DNA from: a virus | Taxonomy: Duplodnaviria; Caudoviricetes | DNA: 59,839 nt | IMG/VR virus record: IMGVR_UViG_3300022188_000012 | Span: 1-59,839 of that record | Reading direction: 5' to 3' (one strand) | Shown: positions 7,666-15,331 of the stretch, one piece after another | How positions within the stretch are numbered: the first letter of the stretch is position 1 | How the letters are laid out: every line of letters begins with the position of its first letter | Position numbers and translations under genes: made by a program | The notes under the pieces: generated by a model | Seen by the model: the letters and a program-made list of their open reading frames with translations, nothing else | Databases searched by the model: none | Told to the model about the DNA's origin: nothing

Positions 7666-7694
7666 TTGACCTCTTCATACAGTTATGGTACAAT
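7666..7694 (+). promoter_or_regulatory. sigma70 promoter TTGACC-N17-TACAAT with extended -10 TG
   Basis: Intergenic, upstream of AAGGAGG RBS. Confidence 0.7.
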
Positions 7695-7729
7695 CATCAT
7701 AAATAACTTTTTACTAAGGAGGAAAGGAA

Positions 7730-7876
7730 ATGGGAAAAGGAGTACTGTTTGTAGGGAGCCTCATCCTCGTATCTTCAGATGGAGGGTGGTTCCCATGGAT
7801 CAATGTCTTGGGCCTCATAGGTCTAGGGCTTTTCGCTTATCTTATGAGAAAGGAGGAAAAGGAATGGACACGATAA
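7730..7876 (+). CDS. 48-aa small membrane protein (MGKGVLFVGSLILVSSDGGWFPWINVLGLIGLGLFAYL...), not in the ORF track
   Basis: RBS; hydrophobic segments; first gene after promoter. Confidence 0.65.
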   Translation: MGKGVLFVGSLILVSSDGGWFPWINVLGLIGLGLFAYLMRKEEKEWTR

Positions 7877-8223
7877 TCGTTATCAATGAACAGCACAACC
7901 TCTTAGACGTTCAGGAGTCCCAACTGAGGGGCCTGTTCCCTGAGGGATGGGAGGTCTTCTCTGTTCCTCGGGACGGTCTCACTGCCCCTGAGCAACGCCA
8001 ACTTGCTCAGGACTTGTGGGACGCCTTCACGAACATTGCGTTCGTAAGCCCTGTCCCTCTTCTCCTAGCTGAAGTAGCTCACTTAAGAGGAATTGAATAC
8101 TCCGTAGGAGGAGATCACAGGGTTTTCTTGTTCGTAAACGACAAGAGAGAAAAGAAAACCCTTCCTGATGGGAGGGTCTTCAGTGTTCTTCCCCTCAACG
8201 GGTGGAGGCTGGAGGAGATATGA
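7864..8223 (+). CDS. Hypothetical protein (MDTIIVINEQH...)
   Basis: AAAGGAGG RBS before ATG 7864. Confidence 0.75.
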   Translation: MDTIIVINEQHNLLDVQESQLRGLFPEGWEVFSVPRDGLTAPEQRQLAQDLWDAFTNIAFVSPVPLLLAEVAHLRGIEYSVGGDHRVFLFVNDKREKKTLPDGRVFSVLPLNGWRLEEI

Positions 8224-8423
8224 AGCTCGCCTTAGGCAAGAACTGGCTCGAAGTGGGCAAGTTGTTCATCTTGTCTGACGAGCTGTGGTTTATGGCAACA
8301 GTCCCCGGTAGAATCACTTACACATTTTTCAGAGGAGACTCAGAGAGTGAGACTTTTGATGAGGTGAGTTTCCTCTTTTTTGCCCCAAGGGGACTCAGGG
8401 TTGGCTGGAAGGAAGAAATATGA
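8220..8423 (+). CDS. Small beta-rich array protein 21
   Basis: MKLAL...FFRG...VGWKEE. Confidence 0.75.
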   Translation: MKLALGKNWLEVGKLFILSDELWFMATVPGRITYTFFRGDSESETFDEVSFLFFAPRGLRVGWKEEI

Positions 8424-8680
8424 AACTAGACCTATGTGATAAGTTTTGGCTCGGAGTAGGAGATTGCTTTATCTCTTACAATGAGTTACTCCTAATACAA
8501 AAGCAGTACTGGAAAGCAAACTGTGTCAATTTTAATGGCTTCAACGCAGAGTGGACGCCAGAGGATGGCGAAATGGCCTTCATCTACGTAAAGTCCTCTG
8601 TCGTTGAGGTCAGTTGGAGAAAGGAGGAAAAGGATGAAAGGATTTTATGTGTTGAAGAAGAACGGGGATCTAGTGTATAA
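8420..8680 (+). CDS. Small beta-rich array protein 22
   Basis: MKLDL...NFNG...VSWRKEE; paralog of 8220. Confidence 0.75.
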   Translation: MKLDLCDKFWLGVGDCFISYNELLLIQKQYWKANCVNFNGFNAEWTPEDGEMAFIYVKSSVVEVSWRKEEKDERILCVEEERGSSV

Positions 8681-9185
8681 GAAGAAAGCTCCTGAGGACG
8701 ACTCGGTCGTCAAAGTGTGGCCGTTTGACTCCTCTTCGGAGGAAGATCGCTGGACAGTTATTCTCGAAGCCCTCTCCCTTGGGGCGAAGAAAAAGAAACT
8801 TGTTCACCTTGTCCAGAAGTGGGAATTGACGGCTTTCTCCTTGATCAAGAAGCATCATTTCGATGCAAAAAGTGGTCGCTTTCCCTCTCACAAAGAGGAT
8901 GCGAATATAGATCGTTTCGTTAAGGAGTTTCTTCCTGTAGGTACTCGCCTTTTTTGGTGGGCTCTTGGAGAAGCTCTCTTCACAGAACACCTGTACAAGT
9001 GCCCTGGTACAGAGAAGGAGCCTGGAGTCTTCCTAGGGTGTCCAGGAACTGTTGATTGTCCTGTATGCAGAGGGACAGGCATCTTGTTCCGTTGTCCTGT
9101 ATGCTTTCTTCCTCTACGCCTGAACGGAAGTTGCTGGGACAAGCACGACTTTCCTTTAGAAAAAGTTGACGAAGGAGGTAAGTAA
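8634..9185 (+). CDS. Hypothetical protein with C-terminal Cys clusters (putative Zn finger)
   Basis: CPG..GCPGTVDCPVCRG and CPVC motifs. Confidence 0.7.
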   Translation: MKGFYVLKKNGDLVYKKKAPEDDSVVKVWPFDSSSEEDRWTVILEALSLGAKKKKLVHLVQKWELTAFSLIKKHHFDAKSGRFPSHKEDANIDRFVKEFLPVGTRLFWWALGEALFTEHLYKCPGTEKEPGVFLGCPGTVDCPVCRGTGILFRCPVCFLPLRLNGSCWDKHDFPLEKVDEGGK

Positions 9186-10243
9186 TGGAAGGATTAAAGA
9201 AGTTGCTTATATGGAACAGCGATAGGATGCAAAATGGTGATGTCGTGATCATCCCCACCTTGTATGGAAAAAGCGGGGTCGGCAAGACCTGGAGAGCGAA
9301 AGCCCTCTATAGAGAGCTCCGTGCCGAGCAGCCCGATCTTCTCTGGGCTAGGTTGCTCCCTGGCACGATGTTGCCCGAGGAGGCCCTCGGGCTGCCAAAA
9401 GTAACTGAGAAAGAGACAATTTGGACCGCTCCATCATGGGCAGTTAAAGGCCGTCCTGTGTTCTTGTTCGTAGACGAGCTTGACAAAGCCCGTCCTGAAA
9501 CCTTGGGAGCCCTCTTAACTCTTTTTGCAGAAGGCCGCATCCGAGACTTCCCGCTCCCTCCTGGCTCCATGATCTTGGCCGCCATGCAGCCGGTGAACAG
9601 AGCTGAATGGCTTGCGGATGAAACGGGCGAAGCCATGGGAGCTCGCCTCACCTACATCCCAATAACCCAAGATTGGGGATTCCTCGAATCCCATCATGGC
9701 CTTGCTCCTGGAGCCCTCGCATTCATGCCCGCTCCAAAGGAGCTCCCTCTCCCTCTTGTCGAAGCCCCGACTCCCCGCCAGGTGGATTGGGCACTCGCTG
9801 TCCTCAGGACCTTTGGCCCAGAGGGAGAGCTCTTCGTCAGAGGAACAATTCCTGGTCAATTTGTAGACCCGCTCAAGGAAGCCTTAGGGGAGAGCGCAGC
9901 CATATCTCCAGAAAGTCTACTCAAAGCTCTCCAGGAAGATCCGTCCAAGGTCAGCCAGCTCTCCATCAGCGAACTGATGACTATCCTTCCTGAAAGCTGG
10001 TTCACTACTCCGGACCTCATGACTGCGATCTACAAGCAAATCCTCATCCGAGGGAATCCAGAGGACATCTCCTCAGCGCAGGAGTCAATCTACAACTACC
10101 TGAAAGAGAAGTGCGAGGAGAACGGTGGCTCCTGCGAGATCTTCCCAGACTATGATGATCCCCAAGTCCTCGTCAAAGCTCTTAATGATATGGCCCGTGA
10201 GGTCGGGCACGAATGGATGAAGAGGGGGAAGAAAAATGAATAG
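9185..10243 (+). CDS. MoxR-like AAA+ ATPase
   Basis: Walker A GKSGVGKT, Walker B LFVDELDKA, PTPR sensor; adjacent vWA gene. Confidence 0.85.
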   Translation: MEGLKKLLIWNSDRMQNGDVVIIPTLYGKSGVGKTWRAKALYRELRAEQPDLLWARLLPGTMLPEEALGLPKVTEKETIWTAPSWAVKGRPVFLFVDELDKARPETLGALLTLFAEGRIRDFPLPPGSMILAAMQPVNRAEWLADETGEAMGARLTYIPITQDWGFLESHHGLAPGALAFMPAPKELPLPLVEAPTPRQVDWALAVLRTFGPEGELFVRGTIPGQFVDPLKEALGESAAISPESLLKALQEDPSKVSQLSISELMTILPESWFTTPDLMTAIYKQILIRGNPEDISSAQESIYNYLKEKCEENGGSCEIFPDYDDPQVLVKALNDMAREVGHEWMKRGKKNE

Positions 10244-11339
10244 AGCAGAGAGAGCAGTCTCCCTTTTGGATAGGGAGACCAGAGATTGGATTCTGCGTAA
10301 CATCAGCATTGTAGAAGAGAACACCTTCACCTCGTGGGTCGCCATAACAGACAGCGGGTATGTCATGCACCTGGGGACTCACATGGACAACTACAGTGAC
10401 CGTCAGGTCAAGATCATAATGCTCCACGAAATAGCCCATATACTCCGTGGAGACTGCCTCGTACGTATTCCAAAGGAAGATAAGCAGATCTGCAACACTG
10501 CTCACGACTGCATCATTAACGCGGGATTTCCAGACTTCCCAGAACAGTTTCCTGGGAGACCTTACTACTGGGACTACGCAGCTATGTACGATGAGCTCCC
10601 ATCTACCCATATCCCTGGATGGAAGGTCATCTATGAAGTGCTGAAAAAACACTCCCCTCCAATGGAGTCCTTCGATGGGCTACCACAAAACGAGACCAAG
10701 GACAGGGAGAAAGCCGAGCAAGCTCACGCAAAGGCTGTCCTCGAAGCTAGGGAGATCCCCTCCTTAAAGGACCTGGGCGCTAGCTCCCTTGTGCGCACTT
10801 GCGCCAAGGGAAAGGTCGCTGTCCAGCCTATCCCTGCGTGGGCTCGCCTCATGGAGAGGATCGCTCGTAAGGTAAAGAGGAATGGCTTCGGATCTCTAGT
10901 CCACGTCCGCACCTGGAACAGGCCTGGCCGTGTCGATGGGTTGCGAGGAGTCGCCAGGCAACCGAGGCTCACGATCTTTCTCGTCCTCGACATCTCAGGT
11001 TCATGCCAAGCTCTGGAGCCCGTCTTTCGTGGGCTCGCCGCCACACTGAAGCGGTCATACAATGTTCGGTTGGGGGTCTTCGCTAACTCTTTCGCTACGA
11101 TCTCCCATCCAGGCGAAGTCCCCTCCGTAGGGGGAGGAACAGAAATCCGGCCTGTGATGGCAGCCCTAAACCGCCTGAAGCCAGACCTCGCCATCATTCT
11201 AACAGACGGCGAGTTCTTCGATGAGCTGACCCTTCCAACTTGTCCGGTGTGGTTCGTTCTCTACGGAAACGAGCCGCCCTGGAAGAGGAAGCTCCGATCA
11301 AAAGATAAAATAATTGACGGAAAGGAGGTGAAACGATGA
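10236..11339 (+). CDS. HExxH metallopeptidase-like plus vWA domain protein (DUF2201-like)
   Basis: HEIAH; MIDAS DISGS, GGGT, LTDG. Confidence 0.85.
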   Translation: MNRAERAVSLLDRETRDWILRNISIVEENTFTSWVAITDSGYVMHLGTHMDNYSDRQVKIIMLHEIAHILRGDCLVRIPKEDKQICNTAHDCIINAGFPDFPEQFPGRPYYWDYAAMYDELPSTHIPGWKVIYEVLKKHSPPMESFDGLPQNETKDREKAEQAHAKAVLEAREIPSLKDLGASSLVRTCAKGKVAVQPIPAWARLMERIARKVKRNGFGSLVHVRTWNRPGRVDGLRGVARQPRLTIFLVLDISGSCQALEPVFRGLAATLKRSYNVRLGVFANSFATISHPGEVPSVGGGTEIRPVMAALNRLKPDLAIILTDGEFFDELTLPTCPVWFVLYGNEPPWKRKLRSKDKIIDGKEVKR

Positions 11340-11512
11340 TTAAACTCAAAACACTGGATGACCAAGATGTGTACGTCCAGCCCCACCATGTAGTTGCTCT
11401 TTTTCCAAAGAGCAAGGTGTCCTGCACCATCACTTTAAGTGATGGCTCTCGGCTGGATGTCAAAGGGATGCCCACTAAAGTGGTTAAACTGATTGAGGAG
11501 GGTGAGCAATGA
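11336..11512 (+). CDS. 58-aa FlbD-like protein, not in the ORF track
   Basis: MIKLKTLDDQDVYVQPHHVVAL...CTITLSDGSRLDVKGMPTKVVKLI resembles the FlbD family pattern; GGAGGTG RBS. Confidence 0.6.
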   Translation: MIKLKTLDDQDVYVQPHHVVALFPKSKVSCTITLSDGSRLDVKGMPTKVVKLIEEGEQ

Positions 11513-11814
11513 GACAGTTTTTGAAAGACGTCATCAACGAGAAAGACTCAATCACTTACATCTTGTGGTCAGGCTTCCCAGGAAAGGCGATCGAGGTGTA
11601 CGAGGACAGCTCAGGGACCCTCGAAGCGAGGCATATCCCTGATCCAGATGAAGAGCTCCACTCCTTGGCTGTCGAGGCCATCAAGGATGCTTGCAAGTAT
11701 TGCCCTGAACAGAAGTCCTACATCACCTCCCTGGGGGTGGAGTGCTGTGACTTTCGGCACGAATCTGGCCGCTGCGGACTAGCGGCCCTATTGACAAAAT
11801 TGATAAAGGAGTAG
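11509..11814 (+). CDS. Hypothetical Cys-containing protein
   Basis: Coupled ORF with RBS. Confidence 0.65.
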   Translation: MRQFLKDVINEKDSITYILWSGFPGKAIEVYEDSSGTLEARHIPDPDEELHSLAVEAIKDACKYCPEQKSYITSLGVECCDFRHESGRCGLAALLTKLIKE

Positions 11815-11817
11815 ATA

Positions 11818-12177
11818 ATGGACCCAAAACCTTTTTTGATCGCAGGGTTTGCTAAAGCAAGCCCACAACAATTTCTGGAAATGTCCTCGGCATCTGCTGA
11901 GCTCACGATCCATTTTCCTCTGGAGGCCATCGTTGGATTCGAGGAAATCGCTCAAAAGCTCGAAGCTGCAGGCCTCCAACTAGGGGACCGCCCCTCCCTG
12001 TTAGAGGATTGCCTCGGCCTGACAATTCTTGCTGGCCTAGACGCAATAATCCGCACCACAATGGAGGTGATCAAGGATGGACTTGTTGGCACAAGAAAAA
12101 ATCCTCAGGAGGAAACTGAGGGAGATGGAGGAAAAGGCGGCCAGGTTGTTCAAGGCACGCCAAAGGATGAAGGATAA
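11818..12177 (+). CDS. Hypothetical protein
   Basis: AAAGGAG RBS. Confidence 0.6.
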   Translation: MDPKPFLIAGFAKASPQQFLEMSSASAELTIHFPLEAIVGFEEIAQKLEAAGLQLGDRPSLLEDCLGLTILAGLDAIIRTTMEVIKDGLVGTRKNPQEETEGDGGKGGQVVQGTPKDEG

Positions 12178-12325
12178 GATCTCTCGTCTTGAAAAGAAAC
12201 GCCTTCAACAAGAGGCGGCATCCTTCAAAAAGGTCAAGCGTTCATCAGCCTACACTAAAACTCGCCTAGAGAGCGAATTTCTGCGAGCTCTGGGCTTAGA
12301 CGAGGAGGAACGTCATGGAATATAA
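12077..12325 (+). CDS. Basic coiled-coil protein
   Basis: GGAGGTGA RBS; heptad pattern. Confidence 0.65.
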   Translation: MDLLAQEKILRRKLREMEEKAARLFKARQRMKDKISRLEKKRLQQEAASFKKVKRSSAYTKTRLESEFLRALGLDEEERHGI

Positions 12326-13100
12326 AGACCCTATCGCTAAGATGTCAATCCGTTTTGAACTCATCCCTAGAGACAAGCTCACCCTTAGCCCTTATCAAAG
12401 GGACCGCTCCGACTCCCTGGCAAAGAAGCTCTTGGACTCGGTGATCCACGGCTTCATCATCCCAGTTGTCGCCGTGGAGAGAAACGGCCGCCTTGAGGTG
12501 ATTGACGGCCAACACCGCATCGCTGCGGTTGACAAAGTCCGCCCAGACGGCTGGACCGTCCCTACATTGATCTGCCCTGAAAAGATGATCAACCTCCCCC
12601 TCCTTCTCAACATTGAAAAAGCTGACACCCTGAAGGATCGCTGCACAAAGATCTACAACTTCTACATCGACCGCCTGGAAGCCGGTGACCCTACAGAGGA
12701 AGAGATCATCGAAGCCTCCCTGTTCCAGCCCTACCTCATAACCCTGGGCTTCGCCTACAAGGAAAGCGGTCTCTCTTCTCCCTCCCTAGTCGAATCCATC
12801 ACAAAACTCCTAGACGGGACCTTGACACAGGAAGGCTCCCAAGCCCCTTTGCCCTTGTCTGAAGCTGTAGAGATCCGCCGCTCAAGGGCGTCCTCGGTGG
12901 CTCAGCTCGAACGACTCGTGAATGAGATCTGCCAAGAAAACTCGATCACGGACTATAATCTGAAGCGGGCCATTATCTCCAGATCAAAAGAGAAGCTGTG
13001 GGGGAGGAAGAGGTCAGTCGATGTCTCTTTTGATGAGGGCATGGCCTCCTTGACCATGACCATCATGGAGACCGATTGGAGTTGGCTGGGGAGGGTGTAA
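12315..13100 (+). CDS. ParB/Srx N-terminal domain protein
   Basis: SPYQRD, GFIIPVVAV, VIDGQHR motifs. Confidence 0.8.
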   Translation: MEYKDPIAKMSIRFELIPRDKLTLSPYQRDRSDSLAKKLLDSVIHGFIIPVVAVERNGRLEVIDGQHRIAAVDKVRPDGWTVPTLICPEKMINLPLLLNIEKADTLKDRCTKIYNFYIDRLEAGDPTEEEIIEASLFQPYLITLGFAYKESGLSSPSLVESITKLLDGTLTQEGSQAPLPLSEAVEIRRSRASSVAQLERLVNEICQENSITDYNLKRAIISRSKEKLWGRKRSVDVSFDEGMASLTMTIMETDWSWLGRV

Positions 13101-13588
13101 TGAACTACGACCAAGCAAGAAACATGGCCGTCCGAGTTGCCAAGTCCTTCTCTCTCCAGATGCCTTTTGAAGACCGAGTCCAAGAGTGCCTGTTGAAGTG
13201 GTGCGAGCTCAAAGATGCTCCTGTGCCCAACAACTATATTTACGTGGCCATGAAGAATAGGATGATCGAGATCATGAGAAAGGAGGCCAGCGAGCGCAGG
13301 ATGATGGCGCGCTTCGATCCTCCTGCACCAGAGCCCCCTCCTGAGACTTTGCTCCTTGAGAAAGGGGAAAGCGTGATCGCCATCCCTAGACAGATGCGCA
13401 TAACTCGGAAATTCCTTCTCCTCTTGGTCGAGTCCAACATGGACTTGGGAGAGGCGTGCCGCCGAGCAAAGGTGACCTACGACCGAGGGCGGGGGTGGTG
13501 GCGCAAAGCAAAGAAGATCGCTCGTCAAATGGCAGAGAAGGGCTGGAATGAGGAGGACGTGCTCATAAAGGTGGAGAGCACAGGATGA
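13100..13588 (+). CDS. Sigma-factor-like transcription regulator
   Basis: Region-2-like EDRVQE...YIYVAMKNRMIEIMRKE and C-terminal HTH-like segment. Confidence 0.6.
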   Translation: MNYDQARNMAVRVAKSFSLQMPFEDRVQECLLKWCELKDAPVPNNYIYVAMKNRMIEIMRKEASERRMMARFDPPAPEPPPETLLLEKGESVIAIPRQMRITRKFLLLLVESNMDLGEACRRAKVTYDRGRGWWRKAKKIARQMAEKGWNEEDVLIKVESTG

Positions 13589-13821
13589 AGCTGGTTGAAG
13601 ATCCTACAACTGGATGCCTGCTCTGTTTATCTGTAGAAGTTGACACTACGAGTATCTTTCTGGCCGGAGGCCCCTTCAATGCTCAATGGCTCGCCAAGGG
13701 AGGGGCCTCTTGGTCCAGATTCATGACAAACTTCGTATCTCTAGTGGCCGCGAACCCTGAGCCTGTGGTTGGGTATGTAGAGAAGTTTTACTCTGGAGGA
13801 CCATATGAAGGTACATCTTAA
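13585..13821 (+). CDS. Small beta-rich array protein 23
   Basis: MKLVE start, coupled; weaker family match. Confidence 0.6.
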   Translation: MKLVEDPTTGCLLCLSVEVDTTSIFLAGGPFNAQWLAKGGASWSRFMTNFVSLVAANPEPVVGYVEKFYSGGPYEGTS

Positions 13822-14008
13822 CAACCCCTTGATAGAAACCAAGGCATTTCAACTCTATCCAAATAGAATCAACCTTCAGTTTTCTCTACCTGTCACAAAA
13901 CAGGTGTTGTCCCCTTTGCAAGGGATTTCTAGTTATCGGTCGAGTGATGTGCGCCCGCTATATGCTCCTGGTAACTTTACTGAGATTGAGTGGACCGATG
14001 AAACTTGA
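13805..14008 (+). CDS. Small beta-rich array protein 24
   Basis: MKVHL...LYP...LQG...EIEW. Confidence 0.7.
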   Translation: MKVHLNNPLIETKAFQLYPNRINLQFSLPVTKQVLSPLQGISSYRSSDVRPLYAPGNFTEIEWTDET

Positions 14009-14222
14009 TCTAGGCGCATACACTTTGCATGTTGACAGCGGCCTCATAAGTGTCACTTCTGTAGGAGTGTCTATGACCATCCCTGTGAGCACTATCACAA
14101 TGGTCCACTTTCATGGGCACACAGACTCTTACTTGCGGGCTGCTTCCTGCATACCAGTTTCAGTGTGGCGACCTTTTAAGGTTGAATTTGTTGAGGAGGG
14201 CGTTCATGCTGATAAGACATAA
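13998..14222 (+). CDS. Small beta-rich array protein 25
   Basis: MKLDLGAY...HFHG...VEF; paralog of 14264. Confidence 0.7.
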   Translation: MKLDLGAYTLHVDSGLISVTSVGVSMTIPVSTITMVHFHGHTDSYLRAASCIPVSVWRPFKVEFVEEGVHADKT

Positions 14223-14263
14223 AACTGATCTTATCTTCTCTCCATATGTAAAGGGGTTTTACA

Positions 14264-14479
14264 ATGAAACCTGATCTAGGCCCTTATGGTTTAAGCGTTG
14301 ACGGTAATCTCATAAGGGTCTCTCCCGTGGGAGTAACTATAGCCATTTATGTGAGCAATATCACAGTAGTTAATATTAGTGGAGTTGTTGGCAATAGCAA
14401 CAGAACAGCTCTCATTTTCCCAACACATATTAGCGGTAACATTGTCGAAGTAGAATGGTCTGAAAGGAAAAGCTTATGA
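14264..14479 (+). CDS. Small beta-rich array protein 26
   Basis: MKPDLGPY...NISG...VEVEW. Confidence 0.7.
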   Translation: MKPDLGPYGLSVDGNLIRVSPVGVTIAIYVSNITVVNISGVVGNSNRTALIFPTHISGNIVEVEWSERKSL

Positions 14480-14685
14480 AGCTAGTCTCAAACTTTGGAG
14501 TTTTTTCCTTGGACGGGGTGAGAATCTTTCCTCAAGCTATATCCATAAGCTTCTCACAACCTTCTACAGTCAACGGCGTCTTTCATGATGGACTCATAAA
14601 GAATCCTATCTCTGGGTACGATATCTGCTATGTCATTCGTAATGCAGATATAGACCCGTTTGTCGAATTCGTGAAGGAAAAATGA
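14476..14685 (+). CDS. Small beta-rich array protein 27
   Basis: MKLVS...FHDG...VEF. Confidence 0.7.
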   Translation: MKLVSNFGVFSLDGVRIFPQAISISFSQPSTVNGVFHDGLIKNPISGYDICYVIRNADIDPFVEFVKEK

Positions 14686-14891
14686 GACTATTCTACAAGA
14701 TCGACTCCGTAAGTGCTGATGTTCTTGAGATCAATCGCTATGCCATATACAAGTACGCACCTGATATAAGTGAAAGATTTGTAGCCGATTTTAAGGGTCG
14801 TTACTCTAGGGCGACGCCCTCTGTATTCGTCTACCCTCTCTTTGCGAGAGGAAAGCGTATCGAGGTCGAGTTCACAAGGAGTGAGAGATGA
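14682..14891 (+). CDS. Small beta-rich array protein 28
   Basis: MRLFY...DFKG...IEVEF. Confidence 0.7.
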   Translation: MRLFYKIDSVSADVLEINRYAIYKYAPDISERFVADFKGRYSRATPSVFVYPLFARGKRIEVEFTRSER

Positions 14892-15097
14892 AGGTTGTCT
14901 ACACGGCTGATGTACTGTTTATAGGCGCTGTTGACATGGACAAATATACCCTTCATTTCTGGGGACCACCGTTAAGAACAAAGTATGCAGCAAATCTCAA
15001 TGGAGACCACTGGACGGAGCTGTCTGCTTACCACATATTTCTTTTCTGTGCCAAAAGGAAGCCGTTTGAAGTTGAATGGGTGAAGGAGCTCAAATGA
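14888..15097 (+). CDS. Small beta-rich array protein 29
   Basis: MKVVY...NLNG...FEVEW. Confidence 0.7.
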   Translation: MKVVYTADVLFIGAVDMDKYTLHFWGPPLRTKYAANLNGDHWTELSAYHIFLFCAKRKPFEVEWVKELK

Positions 15098-15330
15098 AGC
15101 TAGAAGCTTGCATCGACCACATTTCTACTGAGATGGTAGAGGTTTATCTCAACAAACTTGTATCTCGCATCCACAGCGAAACTGAAGTCGTCAAGGTCTC
15201 TCCAGAAGGATCTCAGATAACAACATCTAGGTATAGAGTCACCTTTCCTCTATACGTTGATACTTCTGTTCAGGATTTGTTCGAAGTGTCCTCAGTGGCT
15301 ATAGAGGTCGAGTGGCTAAAGGAGGATTAA
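15094..15330 (+). CDS. Small beta-rich array protein 30
   Basis: MKLEA...SPEG...IEVEW. Confidence 0.7.
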   Translation: MKLEACIDHISTEMVEVYLNKLVSRIHSETEVVKVSPEGSQITTSRYRVTFPLYVDTSVQDLFEVSSVAIEVEWLKED

Positions 15331-15331
15331 A

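Noticed and set aside
3693-15330. Diversity-generating retroelement or integron as the source of the paralog arrays
   Set aside because: No reverse transcriptase, tyrosine recombinase, TR/VR pair or attC-like spacers seen; most genes overlap directly
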